A stretch of DNA of 64,000 bases from Eledone cirrhosa (taxonomy: Eukaryota), in assembly GCA_964016885.1 (NCBI GenBank), contig OZ024743.1, forward strand, positions 365,118,001 through 365,182,000. Reading direction: 5' to 3'. Position numbers and translations under genes: made by a program. The notes below the pieces were generated by a model. The model worked only from the letters and a program-made list of their open reading frames with translations. It was not told where the DNA came from and did not search any database. Below are positions 12,204 through 25,487 of this stretch, in pieces; within the stretch, counting starts at the first letter, position 1, and each line of letters begins with the position of its first letter.

Positions 12204-13073
12204 CGAGGTGTGTCAGAAAAGTTCCAGGACTAATGTCACAAAAGATTTTATTCAAACCCAAACTTAACACTAAGAGTTTTCTCCTTCAAAGTAATCACTC
12301 TGGAGTCTAATGCACTTTTCCATCCTTTTCTGCCACGCTTGCATGCACTCCTGGAAGGGTTCTTCCGGGATCCTCCGCAGTTCCGTCGTAACGGCCTTTT
12401 TCATGTCGTCCACGTCTTCAAAACGGGTCCCTTCCGGGTCGTACTCGAAGATCCATGACTGCCCCTAGCAAGTCTGGTTCGGTTTCAAGATGCTCGAGGA
12501 TGTCCTGGCACACTTGCATGTGTCGACCCATCTGGTCATCGTTCAGCAGTTTTGGCACCATCTTCGCGCAGACTTTCCGCATGTCCAAATCTTCAGTGAG
12601 AATCTTCCAGACGCTGTCCCGATTCATGCACAGCTCGTTTGCCATCAGTCGAACAGTCAGCCGACGATCGCTACGCACCATCTGCCTGACGCACTCAACG
12701 TTGACCTCTATCCTGGTTGTTGAGGGCCTTCCGCTCCTGGGGTCATCTTCCACGTCCTCGAGTCCTTCTTTAAACCTCTTGCACCACTCAAAATCACGTG
12801 AGCGTGACATCGTCTCATCTCCATACACTTGCTGCAGCAAACGTACCAGAAACTTCAAGTTTGTTCGTTGCTCTGTGCTCATTGCTTGACGACCTGAAAC
12901 AGAGGACATGTATATCAAATTATGAAGAAAAAACTTTGATCGCTGCAGAGAGTTAAGGTTACAGTTACATGCTCCAGGGGGATTACTTTGAAGGAGAAAA
13001 CTCTTAGTGTGAAATTTGGGTTTGAAATAAATCTTTTGTAACATCAGTTCTGGAACTTTCCTGACACACCTCG
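12204..13073 (-). mobile_element. Internally deleted mariner (Tc1/mariner) transposon
   Basis: About 100-bp imperfect TIRs (cgaggtgtgtcag...ttcaaagtaatc) and a TA TSD at 12202-03 and 13074-75. Confidence 0.92.
12270..12882 (-). pseudogene. Mariner transposase remnant (HTH domains and C-terminus retained, DD34D core deleted)
   Basis: MSTEQRTNLKFLVRL...FEWCKRFKEG.EDVEDDPRSGRPST...MRKVCAKMVPKLL, then a jump to GTRFEDVDDMKKAV...CIRLQSDYFEGENS*. Confidence 0.88.
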
Positions 13074-13104
<31 letters not shown>

Positions 13105-13129
13105 GTGTATCTACACTCATATAGGGTCC

Positions 13130-13192
<63 letters not shown>

Positions 13193-13195
<3 letters not shown>

Positions 13196-13642
13196 AGGGT
13201 GTTAAAGTTTGCTTGAAGCATTGTGAAATGTGTAAAATACGTATTTAAGAAAGCCACAACAATGCAGAGGGAAATCTCGAGGTAGGAAGTGAAAGATAGA
13301 TAGGAAAAACAGGTGAAAGTGAAAATTGAGAGAGACAAAGATGAAAACAAAACAAAGGTAGAAGGGTTACCGTAGTAGAGATTTAATCCCAATATTTCGG
13401 GCTCACGCCCATCAACGGGGGAAAGTTCCAAAAGGGGGGGAAACAGGCCAAGCGGAGAAAGTTGTGATGTCGTTAAGACAGGAATGCCGTTATGGGGAGA
13501 AAATTATTTAAAATTTAAACGAGGGAAAGAATGCGCGTGCGCGTGATAGGCTGTGGCAAAAGCTACTGACCAAATCAAGAGGGTGCGCTAGCGTGTGAAA
13601 GCCGTAAGATATGTGTGTGTAACTGTGTGTGTATAAGTGTAA

Positions 13643-13673
<31 letters not shown>

Positions 13674-16163
13674 AAAGATAGTGGGCTGTAGAAGCTGGAA
13701 ATCAAAGGGTGTGAAAGGTGGTAGGTTGTAAAACATGTGTGCGTGTATAAATATAGATGTGTGTGTGTAAGCGTATGGGTATACATGTGTGTGTAACTGT
13801 GTGTGTATATGTGTGAGTGCGTTTGTGTGTGAAAGATAGTGGGCTGTAGAAGCTGGAAATCAAAGGGTGTGAAAGGTGGTAGGTTGTAAAAACATGTGTG
13901 CGTGTATAAATATAGATGTGTGTGTGTATGCGTATGGGTATGCATATACGTGCGTGTGTGTGAAGATAGCAGGCCGTAGGCTGTGAATGGTCACTATGGT
14001 TAAGTTAGCCATGTCAGCTCATTTCTCTCAGCCCGGTTGTTAAGTGGGGGTCTGAGGTTCTTAATAACAAGTGCTTCCTTTATCCTTAAGGATCCGATGC
14101 TGCGTTCAGTCGCTAGGACTGTGACCAAGGGTCTACCCTGTGGGTTTCCGCATTTAAGGATGTGTTTACGGAAGGAAGATGCGTTGGTGTTGATATGTTC
14201 CTTGATACGAACATGTAGGGGTCGGATGGTGCTACCTATGTAAAACTTGTTACATTTATCGCATTGAATCTTATATACGACATAGGTGCGTAGGCAATCT
14301 GCCCCCCGTATCGGGCAGTTGCTGAGGGAACACGTCCCATCTGACTCATCGGGTTTGTTGGAGAGGCATCTTCGCAGCGAAGGTCCTGTGTGGGCCAAAT
14401 GTATGTCAAGTCCCTCCGTCCGTATGGCCCTGCGGATGGCGTTCGTGGTATATTCACTCAGGTGGGGGATTTTAAAGAAGCACCTGCTATTATTTAATTT
14501 TCTAGTGGGTGTCTGTTTATTGGGTCTGGGGTCTCTAATTCCGTTAATCAGTCGCTTGGGATAACCATTAGATCTGAGTAGATTACGGAATTGCGTGGTA
14601 TGGGTGAGACCACCCATCGGGTCGCTGCATCTGTTAGTGATCCGTGTCAGTTCATTTAGGACATAGCCTCTCTTAGCGTTGTTGGGGAGGGCTGAGTTAT
14701 AATGCACAAATAAGTCCTTGCACGCTGCTTTGCGGTAGAAGGTGGTGTTTATGTCTCCTTCTTCCGAGATGTTGATACGGAAGTCGAGGAGGGCGAGTGA
14801 CCCGTCTTCTCCTGGGTGTTCGATGGTGAAATCGACGTGATGGTCAGTATCGTTGAAGATTTGGTGAATTTCATTCGCCATCTCCCGGGAAGAAGTAAGT
14901 ATCAGGATATCATCAACGTATCTGGAGTAGAAGGCGACGGCGTTGGGTTGGCAGGTATTGAGTACCTTGCGTTCCAGGTGGTCCATGTACGAGATCGCAA
15001 GTATGCCGGACAGACTAGAGCCCATAGGTAGCCCAGAGATTTGTTTGTACGTGTGGCCGAGGAAATTGAAGAGTGCATTATCCACAACGAAGGAGAGGAG
15101 TTGGTGGATGTCCGTGTGTGTGAGTCCGAAGCAGTGTAAGTTAGATGCTCGGACTCGTTCGGTCAACAGGTCGACAGCTGGGGATGCTGGTACGGAGGTA
15201 TAAAGGGCGACCACATCAAGACTGAAGGCATAACCGTTGTCCTTTCTGGTGTTGGGCGCCAGATGGTGTAGTCGCTCCAAGACTTCCTTTAAGCTGCAGA
15301 CGTGGGCTGGTAGTGTGTGTAGAATAGGTTTCAGTAGTGTGGAGAGCAGCCACGATATTTTGTAGAGTGGGCCCTCCACGCTAGAGACAATGGGCCTGAT
15401 TTTCAAATCGGGTCCTTGTTTATGTGTTTTAACCAGGTGGTAGAAGGTGGGTAATTTGCTGTTTCGAGTCATTATGTTGTTTTTTACCTTCTTTGGCAGT
15501 TTTCGTTGGACACAGATGTTAGTCCATATGGTGTTAATGCCTTCCTCGATTAGAGTCGAGGAGGTCCCTGTGACTTTCGAGTAGAGGCTGTGGTCATTAA
15601 GATGTTGGAGAGCTAAGTTGTTGTAGGTCTCTCTCGAGATGACACAGAATTCTTTCCCCTTGTCGGAGGGAAGGTACACAAGGTTCCTGGATCTTAGGTT
15701 GGTGAGAGTATTAAATTGTGCATTGGTGAGGTTGCGTTTATTGTGTGTGTGTGTGTGTGTGTGTTGGGAAAGGATGTTAGAGATAGAATGTTTCAACCTG
15801 AGTAGTTTAGTATCAAGTTCGTGGTTGGTGGGTGGGGGGTGGAGTGGGTTGTCGAGGTGATACGTGGGGAGTGTGGGGTGGGTTGTGGGGTTGTAATCGA
15901 TCTCGGTGTTGTTTTGGATGGCGGTTAGCCATTTCAGTTGATATGCTGTCCGACAGAAGTTGGTTTCGATGTCGAGTTTCAGTCTATCATCGAGACGCTG
16001 TGTAATGATGAACTTGGGTCCGAGGCGCAGAAGTTCGAGTTCGTCGTTGGTGAGGGTACCGGTTAAGTCGGTAACGAGGTGTGAAGCATCGTTGATAGGT
16101 AGATCGATGTTGGGGGGGTGTAGCGGAGGGTGTTGTATAGCTGTTGCCCCTGGTGTGGTTGTA
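13193..16163 (-). mobile_element. Penelope-like element (Penelope/Poseidon type), near full length, bounded by (TA)n on both sides
   Basis: RT plus GIY-YIG ORF. The 3' UTR has direct repeats (13667-13769 / 13825-13928), and its 3' end is homologous to 19740-20050. Confidence 0.9.
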
Positions 16164-16201
16164 CATATATATATATATATATATGTAGATAAATCTACCA
16201 A
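14000..16201 (-). CDS. PLE reverse transcriptase plus C-terminal GIY-YIG endonuclease (uninterrupted ORF; the first ~13 codons are flanking microsatellite, so the true start is missing)
   Basis: RT motifs KTHK..IRPIVS, FSLDVVALYTSVP, YKQISGLPMGSSLS and RYVDD. GIY-YIG motifs VVYKIQC..C..FYIGST.RPL..RIKEH and KEALVI...PPLN. Confidence 0.9.
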   Translation of the reverse strand: MVDLSTYIYIYICTTTPGATAIQHPPLHPPNIDLPINDASHLVTDLTGTLTNDELELLRLGPKFIITQRLDDRLKLDIETNFCRTAYQLKWLTAIQNNTEIDYNPTTHPTLPTYHLDNPLHPPPTNHELDTKLLRLKHSISNILSQHTHTHTHNKRNLTNAQFNTLTNLRSRNLVYLPSDKGKEFCVISRETYNNLALQHLNDHSLYSKVTGTSSTLIEEGINTIWTNICVQRKLPKKVKNNIMTRNSKLPTFYHLVKTHKQGPDLKIRPIVSSVEGPLYKISWLLSTLLKPILHTLPAHVCSLKEVLERLHHLAPNTRKDNGYAFSLDVVALYTSVPASPAVDLLTERVRASNLHCFGLTHTDIHQLLSFVVDNALFNFLGHTYKQISGLPMGSSLSGILAISYMDHLERKVLNTCQPNAVAFYSRYVDDILILTSSREMANEIHQIFNDTDHHVDFTIEHPGEDGSLALLDFRINISEEGDINTTFYRKAACKDLFVHYNSALPNNAKRGYVLNELTRITNRCSDPMGGLTHTTQFRNLLRSNGYPKRLINGIRDPRPNKQTPTRKLNNSRCFFKIPHLSEYTTNAIRRAIRTEGLDIHLAHTGPSLRRCLSNKPDESDGTCSLSNCPIRGADCLRTYVVYKIQCDKCNKFYIGSTIRPLHVRIKEHINTNASSFRKHILKCGNPQGRPLVTVLATERSIGSLRIKEALVIKNLRPPLNNRAERNELTWLT

Positions 16202-16334
16202 GAGTTTACGGTAGTGTCCAATCCGTATGAAGAACTCAATGTAATCCGGATATCATGGAAAGAAGAGATGCAATGAAAAATAAACGGAATACAGAGTCAA
16301 GATAAAATATTTTTTTTTTTTAATATATATGTAA

Positions 16335-16424
<90 letters not shown>

Positions 16425-16428
<4 letters not shown>

Positions 16429-16595
16429 GGAAATCAGTATAATCGAATCTCTGGCGGTTTGCAAGTGAATTCGGCCTACTTATATGAAATGATGAGTTAG
16501 CAAAGCACTCGATAAGATAGGTCCTTAGAGTAATAACATACGTTTAAAAAGCTTGACAAATCGAACATTGTGGTAGGCTAAACTAACACACAATA
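16425..16595. repeat. Dispersed repeat shared with 48732-48903, starting at a (TA)n edge
   Basis: taattggaaatcagta.aatcgaatctctggcggtttgcaag...aaactaacacacaatata at both loci. Confidence 0.8.
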
Positions 16596-16965
16596 TAGGT
16601 AAATATATACATATAGGGCGCGCTACGGATTGATGTATTGTCTATAATGCAATGAAACATCTGTGACTCGTAGTAGATAACTGATGAAGGGAAAATGTCT
16701 ATTTCTTGTTTGTGTCCCCTTTTCTAATACTCGTTATCAGTAACCACGCAGCCTCGTCCCTCTCAATTCATATATATATACGTGTGAGAGCGGATGTACG
16801 AGGCCACATAGGCAGGCGCCTGTGGACGTGTATGTTGGTATCTATATGGTCGTGGGCATGTGTGGGTGGGTGTGAGAGAGAGGGTGTGTGTGTATATGTA
16901 TATGGGTGTGTATATGTACATATGTGTGTGTACATATGTGTATGCATTTTTATGTATGTGTGCGC

Positions 16966-16997
<32 letters not shown>

Positions 16998-17238
16998 ATA
17001 TATATGTGTGTGTATGTGTGGGTATATATGCGTGTGTGAGCGGACTTGTGAAATACCAAACTCAGCATGAGTCCATTGAAGTGTGTCGGACGGAGAGTAG
17101 TTGATGGCCAGTATGGCAGCAAATATTAACCAGAATTTATGATGACGTAGAAAAACAACAGTCAATAGCAAGACAAGCGAGGAAGATATTTTTTGAAGCT
17201 AACAGACCAGTGAGAAAATTTGTTCCGAAAGTATTGCA

Positions 17239-17328
17239 TGTGTCCGAAGAACCTGCAGATTTAGAATCAGACAGATCGATACAATGATCGTGTCTCGAGC
17301 TATCTGCCGGCGAAACAATTGTAATACA
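17239..17328 (+). ncRNA. Hammerhead motif, CCGAAGA core, enlarged stem II
   Basis: TGTGT-CCGAAGA-ACC.GCAGAT...ATCTGC.GGC-GAAA-CAATTG-TA-ATACA. Confidence 0.6.
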
Positions 17329-17367
17329 CAATAAATTGAGTCCAGATGCATCACTGATTTTTCGTTT

Positions 17368-17432
<65 letters not shown>

Positions 17433-18274
17433 AAGAGAAAGAGAAAGAGAGAAAGAGAAAGAGAGAATGCGTTGCTGAGACCGGGGAGACTACCAGCCAT
17501 AGGAGTACTCAATGCAAGGGAAGATGCAGAGTGGGTATAGAGATAGGTAAAATCCCAACCACAGCGCCAAGCGGTTTTGGCTTGTGTGTTCAGCAAGATT
17601 ACACTCTCGTAAAGTCTTTCTGAACACTCAAGCTGAAACCCCTTGGCTCTGTGGTTGGGATTACAGATTTGAAATTAAGTGTTGAGGCAAGTTTGTTCAT
17701 CTTTCTTATTGAGAAGACTGGAAAGATGGAATCTTGTATATATATATAGAGAGAGGTAATCATGATAGTAGCAGTACTACTAGTACTACCATGACTACCT
17801 CTATATATATATATATACAAGATTCCATTTTTCCAGCCTTCTTCTCAACAAGAAAGATGACCAAACTTGCCTCTACACTTAATTTCAAATCTGATTTTTG
17901 ATTCTTTTTGATTCTTTTTGATTCTTTTTATAATACATCGAGACCAGTTACACTTTATATATTTTATATACATTATAAAACTCTTTTTTAAAAGAATTGG
18001 CCCTCTGATTTTTTCTATAATGTCACTTTGACGAAAAAAAAAGAACAAATAGATCCTTAAATATATTTTCCGTGCTATTTCCTTCTTTCACCTTCTTTCT
18101 CTCTCCCCCCTCTCCCCCTCTCTCTGTCCAAGTCTCGTTCTCTCGCCCCCTCTCATCCTCTTTCTCGTTATCTCACTCTCTCTCTCTCTGTGCCTCTCGC
18201 TCTCTCTCTGCCCCTCTCTCTCTCTCACTGCCCCTCTCTCGTTCTCTCTCTCTCACTATCTCTCTCTCTCACTG

Positions 18275-18338
<64 letters not shown>

Positions 18339-18763
18339 ACTGCCTATCTCTTATTGGACCCTCATCAGAGATCGTATTCTCAGTAGCTTCACGCCATGAA
18401 ACTGGAATAAGCACCGGCCAATTGAGCCTTCTGGCTTAAGACAGACTTTAGATATATCCATTCGTTGTTAGTATTATTCTGAAATGGACGTACTAATTTT
18501 CAGGTATATCTTTATCATAGACTTCGGCTAGCAGCGCACTTCTTATTATACATCTTAATTAATTGCAAATACGAGCGCTAATTATATGTAACTAGGTACA
18601 GAAACGATGTAGTATACTCGGCTTATTAGAGAAGATTACCTTTTATTCTACAATTATATATATATATATATATATATATAGATTTTGAGATGGCTGTCAC
18701 TGAAATATATATAGCAGTAATAAACGAAGCTAAATTTTAATCATTTGACTTTTTATTTAACTT

Positions 18764-18810
<47 letters not shown>

Positions 18811-18912
18811 CTACTGTACGTCTGTATACATATATGTATGTACGTGTACATACTTATATTTAAGTAACAGCCGTACTAAGAGTGAGAAATGAAATTTCGT
18901 TTCATTTTTTCC
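18811..18912 (-). repeat. Dispersed fragment of the array-2 (7328-8757) unit
   Basis: Reverse complement of aaaatgaaaacgaaatttcatttctcactcttagtacggc...gtatacagacgtacagtag. Confidence 0.8.
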
Positions 18913-18917
18913 GTTTA

Positions 18918-18973
<56 letters not shown>

Positions 18974-18977
18974 TATG

Positions 18978-19041
<64 letters not shown>

Positions 19042-19045
19042 TATG

Positions 19046-19124
<79 letters not shown>

Positions 19125-19131
19125 ACATATA

Positions 19132-19249
<118 letters not shown>

Positions 19250-19275
19250 TTATATATATATACATATATATATAC

Positions 19276-20019
19276 ATAAGTAAATATCTTTAAGTCGTTT
19301 GGAAGCCTCGACAATGCAAATGGGTAAATCTCCGGGTAACAAGGTCCGGTGGTGGAGAGAGAGATGTAAGTGGGTGTACGTTGAGATGCGTGGTGTGTAT
19401 AAGATGTGTGAGATGTGTAGAATGAAGGGAAGAGTATAAAGGATAAAAATAAAAATAACAACACAAGAGAGAGTTACCTTGGGAGAGATTTAATAGTCCC
19501 TATATATTTCGGATTCACATCCATCAACTGGTGTTTTTTTCCGGGGTGGGGGAAAAGGTTGTCTGTCGGACAAGTCCGGAACGCCTCTTTCGCTGTTTGT
19601 TGTTTTGAATATCTGAGGTATTCAGCAGAGCGCGCGTGCGCGTGGAATGGGATGCGCACGCCCGCTCTGCCGAATACCTCAGATATTCAAAACAACAAAC
19701 AGCGAAAGAGGCGTTCCGGACTTGTCCGACAGACAACCTTTTCCCCCACCCCGGAAAAAAACACCAGTTGATGGATGTGAATCCGAAATATATAGGGACT
19801 ATTAAATCTCTCCCAAGGTAACTCTCTCTTGTGTTGTTATTTTTATTTTTATCCTTTATACTCTTCCCTTCATTCTACACATCTCACACATCTTATACAC
19901 ACCACGCATCTCAACGTACACCCACTTACATCTCTCTCTCCACCACCGGACCTTGTTACCCGGAGATTTACCCATTTGCATTGTCGAGGCTTCCAAACGA
20001 CTTAAAGATATTTACTTAT
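19276..20019. repeat. Near-perfect 744-bp palindrome made of two head-to-head PLE 3'-end (pLTR) copies
   Basis: Arms 19276-19643 and 19652-20019, with about 3 mismatches near the centre and an 8-nt loop. The right arm continues into cacaatgcttcaagcaaactt, the same terminus as the 13193 PLE end. Confidence 0.92.
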
Positions 20020-20065
20020 TGTTCCACAATGCTTCAAGCAAACTTCAATACTCTCATATATATAC

Positions 20066-20206
<141 letters not shown>

Positions 20207-20241
20207 CATATATATATTTGTATATATTTGTATATATATAC

Positions 20242-20296
<55 letters not shown>

Positions 20297-20389
20297 TACA
20301 GACAGACCCACAAAGGCACACACACACACACGTGTATATATAGAGAGAGAGGGTGAGTGATTGAGCAAGAGAGTGTAAGAGAGAGAGAA

Positions 20390-20441
<52 letters not shown>

Positions 20442-20640
20442 GGAGGAAAGTTGACTAAATAGTGATATAACTAGATAGGAAGTAATCACCATTTCCTTGA
20501 TACTAATTAAGGGTGTGGTGACTTTTAAAAAGTCAACAGTGCCGAAGGTGGTTGGTTGACTGTTTAAGGGTCTGGGGAACAGAACAAATGGAAAATATTG
20601 TTTCGCTCAAGTTGTGGGAAACATAGATCAACAAAAAGTC

Positions 20641-20650
20641 TACTACTACC

Positions 20651-20698
<48 letters not shown>

Positions 20699-20741
20699 AC
20701 TACTACTACTACTACTACTACTGCTACTGCTACTGCTGCTG

Positions 20742-20775
<34 letters not shown>

Positions 20776-20789
20776 GACTACTACTACTA

Positions 20790-20822
<33 letters not shown>

Positions 20823-20825
20823 TTG

Positions 20826-20885
<60 letters not shown>

Positions 20886-21140
20886 TTTCATCTGCTGCAA
20901 CATCAACAACGACAACAACAACCGCTACAAGAACAACAATAACAATAACAGTAGCATCAAGGTTGCATCATCATAATAATAATGTTTATGATGATAATGA
21001 TTATATTGATGATGATGATACGACGATGATGATTATGATGATAATAATGAGAATGATAGTGATGATGATGATGATGATGAATAGAATGATGATGATGATG
21101 ATGAATAGAATGATGATAAGGATGAAGACAATGATAATGA
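20641..21140. repeat. Compound trinucleotide microsatellites (CTA/CTG)n, (AAC)n, (GAT)n
   Basis: Directly visible. Confidence 0.9.
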
Positions 21141-21179
21141 TGGAGGCAATTATGGTGGTTACATTGGCTTCTATAGTCA

Positions 21180-21749
21180 TCTCCTTATAATATATAACCA
21201 GCAATTTCTCTGTCTGTCTGTCCGACAGTGGAAACACGTGCGCGCGTGCGAATGTTTTTTGCGCACGCGTAGAGAGAGAGTGAGAGTGAAAGAAAGAGAC
21301 AGACTACGAGAGGGGGATAGCGGGAGGGAGAGAGGGAGAGAGAGTGAATAGACGCTAAAACACGTGCGCGCGTGCGAATGTTTTTTGCGCACGCGTAGAG
21401 AGAGAGAGTGAGAGTGAAAGAAAGAGACAGACTACAAGAGGGGGAGAGCGGGAGGGAGAGAGGGGGGAATTGAGGAGTGCTACAGAAACATATATACATT
21501 TCTGTGTGTGTGTGTAATATATATATATATATACACACACAGAAATATATATATATACACACAGAAATATATATACATTTCTGTGTGTGTAATATATATA
21601 TATATACACACAGAAATATATATACATTTCTGTGTGTGTAATATATATATATATATATATATACACATACAGAAATATATATACATTTCTGTGTGTGTAA
21701 TATATATATATACTAGCAGAAAACCACGCGATGGGCGGTTTTCTGCTAG
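21180..21749 (+). mobile_element. Non-autonomous Helitron with internal repeats
   Basis: Starts A|TC...TATAATATATAA...(TCTG)n. It has an internal ~126-bp duplication and palindromic cacagaaat..atttctgtg units. It ends with the hairpin 21712-21750 and CTAG. Confidence 0.65.
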
Positions 21750-22082
21750 TCTATATATCTAATACAGAGAATGTCTGTCTGTCTGTCTCCCTAAAACTCG
21801 AGAACCACCCAACCGATTGTTTTCAAACTTTACACATGTAACATTTATGAGTGTTTTGAGCAAAATAAATTTCAAATTTTCAATGCTCTAGGGACCGCAT
21901 TAGGCGATTTAGCGATCTCTCTATAATTCTTTGTCTTTCTTTTTAGATAGATACATAGATATAACGTTGCGCCCTCATAATATCTGTCTGTATGTCTGGC
22001 TGTCTGCATTACGACATTATGACGCTATATATGTGTGTGTGTGTATATATATGTATATATAGTGTATATATATGTATATATA

Positions 22083-22150
<68 letters not shown>

Positions 22151-22217
22151 CGTTGCGCCATCATAATATCTGTCTGTGTGTCTGGCTGTCTGCATTACGA
22201 CATTATGACGCTATATA

Positions 22218-22283
<66 letters not shown>

Positions 22284-22410
22284 CAAGAAAGTAAGTGTTG
22301 GTAAAATCCAGTACTTCAGTATGCGGATAGGGAGCACTCAACGAAGATATAAGTTCCGGAGTTATAATAGTGACGAAACATAAGTCCTGAACAAGGCACT
22401 CATATTCGCG

Positions 22411-24197
22411 ATGAATAGGACAGACCTAACACGCGACGAGGTCCGAATCATACACGCCGCCAGAGAGACCCGGATCCGATTCGGTGGGGACATATGGAGC
22501 CGGAGCGACTGGCCAAATAATTTTGACATTACAATGGGCTCCAGTGACTCCGCGCAGCTAATGGACTTGGTTAGGATATACATACTCTACGAGATCAGGA
22601 GAGAAATACCCAACCTGGGTGGCGGGCAGTACCGAGTCGTCGCACTCTTCACTGTAGTGGATCACAACACCACAATGGTCGAAAATATAAAGAGGAGAAT
22701 TAGGCACTTCTTTAGCAAGATAGGACTTAAAGTAGAGATGGAACCCAATAGAAAAGTAGTGAATTTCCTGGACACCACCCTCAACCTCAACACCAAGCTA
22801 CACCACCCATATCATAAACCCAATGAGAAGCTGGTGTATATCAACGCTGGGTCCAATCACCCTAGATCTAGAGTTAAGGCCGTAGTTAAGAGTGTCTCTG
22901 ACAGTATCTCTAACTTGTCGGCCAATAAGGGATCTTCAATAGTAACGCTGATTACTATAACTCAGCGCTAGCTAAGGCGTCCCACAGCCATAGGATCAGC
23001 TATAACCCTAAGTGACATGATCGAGATGACCCAAGGGTACCCTGGACCAATACCCTCAGGGGCATGAGTCGCCCACCTAATACCTCGCTATCCGTCACCA
23101 CCCCCGGTAGAAGGTCCCGCATACCCCACCGGTCTAATACCTACAACGCTGAAGACCACTGTGCTGCGAAGCATAGGCACCCCTGCACCGGCTCCACCAC
23201 CCGCCGAACCCTAACTGAGCAGGGAGGCCGCACCTCGCAGGTTTATAGCCCCACGGTGGGCCCATATAACCCTCATGATACTGACCGCTCCGCACACCTG
23301 AGTGACACCAACCGAGCTCGGCCTGAGCTGTGCACAACCACGCGATGGACCACGGCGGACACCCAACAACCCCGCAAGAATAGGACCAAGAAGGTCACAT
23401 GGTATAACCCTCCGTAATCGGTGGGTCTACGTACCAGCCTGGCTAGAACATTCTTTAGAATACTGGATAAATGTTTCCCTAGGGCCCACAAGTACCATAA
23501 AATATTCAACAGGAACACGGTGAAACTTTCCTACTCAACCACACGCTCCGTAGCCCAGCACATAGCTGGCATAAATAGGAATAGGCTCACTGCCTCTAAT
23601 ACCACTGTAAACCCCGGATCCACCCAACTGAACCAGCACGCGGGACGCACCAGACCCCGGACAGGCCCAACTAGCACACCGGAACCCAACGACCCTGTGC
23701 TGATTGCGGCGGCTACCCAGCCAACCCCGAGTGATGGTAACCACGCGGTACATGTGGTGGGGCTTAAGAAGTCATGTAATTGCAGAGACCCATCACTATG
23801 CCCCCTTAGTAATGAATACATGACGAAAAACGTAGTCTACAGGTGCAAGGTCACAACCCCTAACTCGGAGCACCACTACATAGGATCCACAGCGACGAGC
23901 TTCAAAGATAGGTGGTATAACCATCGCCATTCCTTTAACAGAATAGATAAGCGGAAATGTACGGTCCTTTCTGAATTGATCTGGAGGCTCAAACTTGAAA
24001 AGACCCCGCACTCTCTGGCCTGGTCCGTGGTTAGAAAGGTTCCCCCAGACAGAGGCGGGTCTGGTATTTGCAACCTCTGTCTTAGTGAGACACTCGAGAT
24101 ACTTCATGGCGGAACCAAACTATTAAACAGAAGGGCCGACTTAGTCGGTGCCTGCAGACACCTAAGGACGGGAACTTTCCTCAAGCTATATGGATAA
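22411..24197 (+). pseudogene. Disrupted PLE RT plus GIY-YIG ORF (frameshift at about 22930, in-frame stops)
   Basis: FDITMGSSDSAQLMDLV, VNFLDTTLNL...PYHKPNEKLVYINAGSNHP, TWYNPP*S, CNCRDPSLCPL, VVYRCKV...YIGST...FKDRWYNH, CNLCLSE. Confidence 0.88.
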
Positions 24198-25429
24198 ACC
24201 CCGGTTAAGGTCTCCCACAACGCCCCCCTGTACGTCCCCTACACCCCGTACCAATGACCAATGGACAACAACAACCACCCATAGTTTGTGGTCCCTATGG
24301 AGAATGGTCCACCGGATCCTCTACTGGTTAGGAGTCATCAAAACCACGTTTTATTGAACCTGAGGAAGCCCCCCCCCCTCCCGGGAGCGGCCCACACAGG
24401 AAGAGCAATTATCCCAAGGTACTAACCCTATACGCATGAATGAGCGCCCGCAACCGTGCATTGTGTGTGTATACTGGGACTGCGTGAATGTACACACTCA
24501 TGTGAACGCAACGTAATACTAATACCCCAGGTTGGATTGATAAATGTTCGAGTGTATGCTTAAAAGTATATTTGTATCTGCTCTCTTGTATGAGTGCACA
24601 TGTGTATATAGACATACACGCGCATCCAGAAGTATACAAGTGTGGGTGGGTATATATGTCTGTACTAAGGGATTCGCCTAAGCTCCAAAGCCCCCAAGCT
24701 ATTGCTGTGAAGATATATATATTACACTCTACCTTTGTCTAGTCTAAATAATAACTTTTCCAAACACCCACTTTACTTTTCTTTAAAAATAACACCCACC
24801 TAGTTTTATGTCTGCCTTATACTTGGATTTGGGGGCCTCTGTTGTATATATATATGCACTTGTGCGTACATATATATATATATACACACCTGTATGGATT
24901 TGTGTGTGTAGATGTGTGTGTGTCTGAGGGGGTAGGTGTGAGTGTATGTACAAGTCAACCAACATAAGTCTTTTCTAAATTTTCTAAACTATCTAAGTAT
25001 TTGACTCTAACCATTATTTTAAGTATTACCACCCCACATTAATTCCTCAATTTGTATGTGTGGATGTGTGTGTGTGTCTGTGGTGTGTGTCAGTAGCACC
25101 ACTCCACATAAATTCCTCAATTTAAGAATGACCTGTAGTATCTATTTCATACTATTAACCTTAATTGAATATATATCTGACCAGGAATGCTTTTTGTGAA
25201 AATCAGTCATATGGAACTATTGTCATCTTGCCTGACGGTTTGAACTTTACAACACCACCTGCCTCTTTGAGGTCAAATACCAACCCTACTAGCATCTACA
25301 AACTGACCAATGAGAATTAAGACTATTCCTGCTGACAACATTAAATTATTCCTAACAAGCTCATATGTCCCAAGGCTCTGATACCATCAACACTATAAAC
25401 ACAGAGCTGGCATATCTAAGAACTGACTA

Positions 25430-25487
25430 ACTGCCTGATGAGGTCATAGCTATTCAATGGGTATCATCGAAATATATATATAGCAGT
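25430..25487 (+). ncRNA. Type I hammerhead at the 3' end of the PLE
   Basis: ACTGC-CTGATGA-GGT...ATC-GAAA-TATATATA-TA-GCAGT. Confidence 0.75.

Noticed and set aside
19474-19821. Mirror-image 61-70 aa ORFs
   Set aside because: They are a by-product of the palindrome, with no coding signal.
22990-24400. Possible selenocysteine (in-frame TGA plus SECIS), as reported for some Naiad PLEs
   Set aside because: The only in-frame TGA noticed (about 23013) lies in a variable linker, not at a conserved Cys. The copy also has a TAA and a frameshift, the Cys motifs use TGY, and I could not identify a SECIS by eye.
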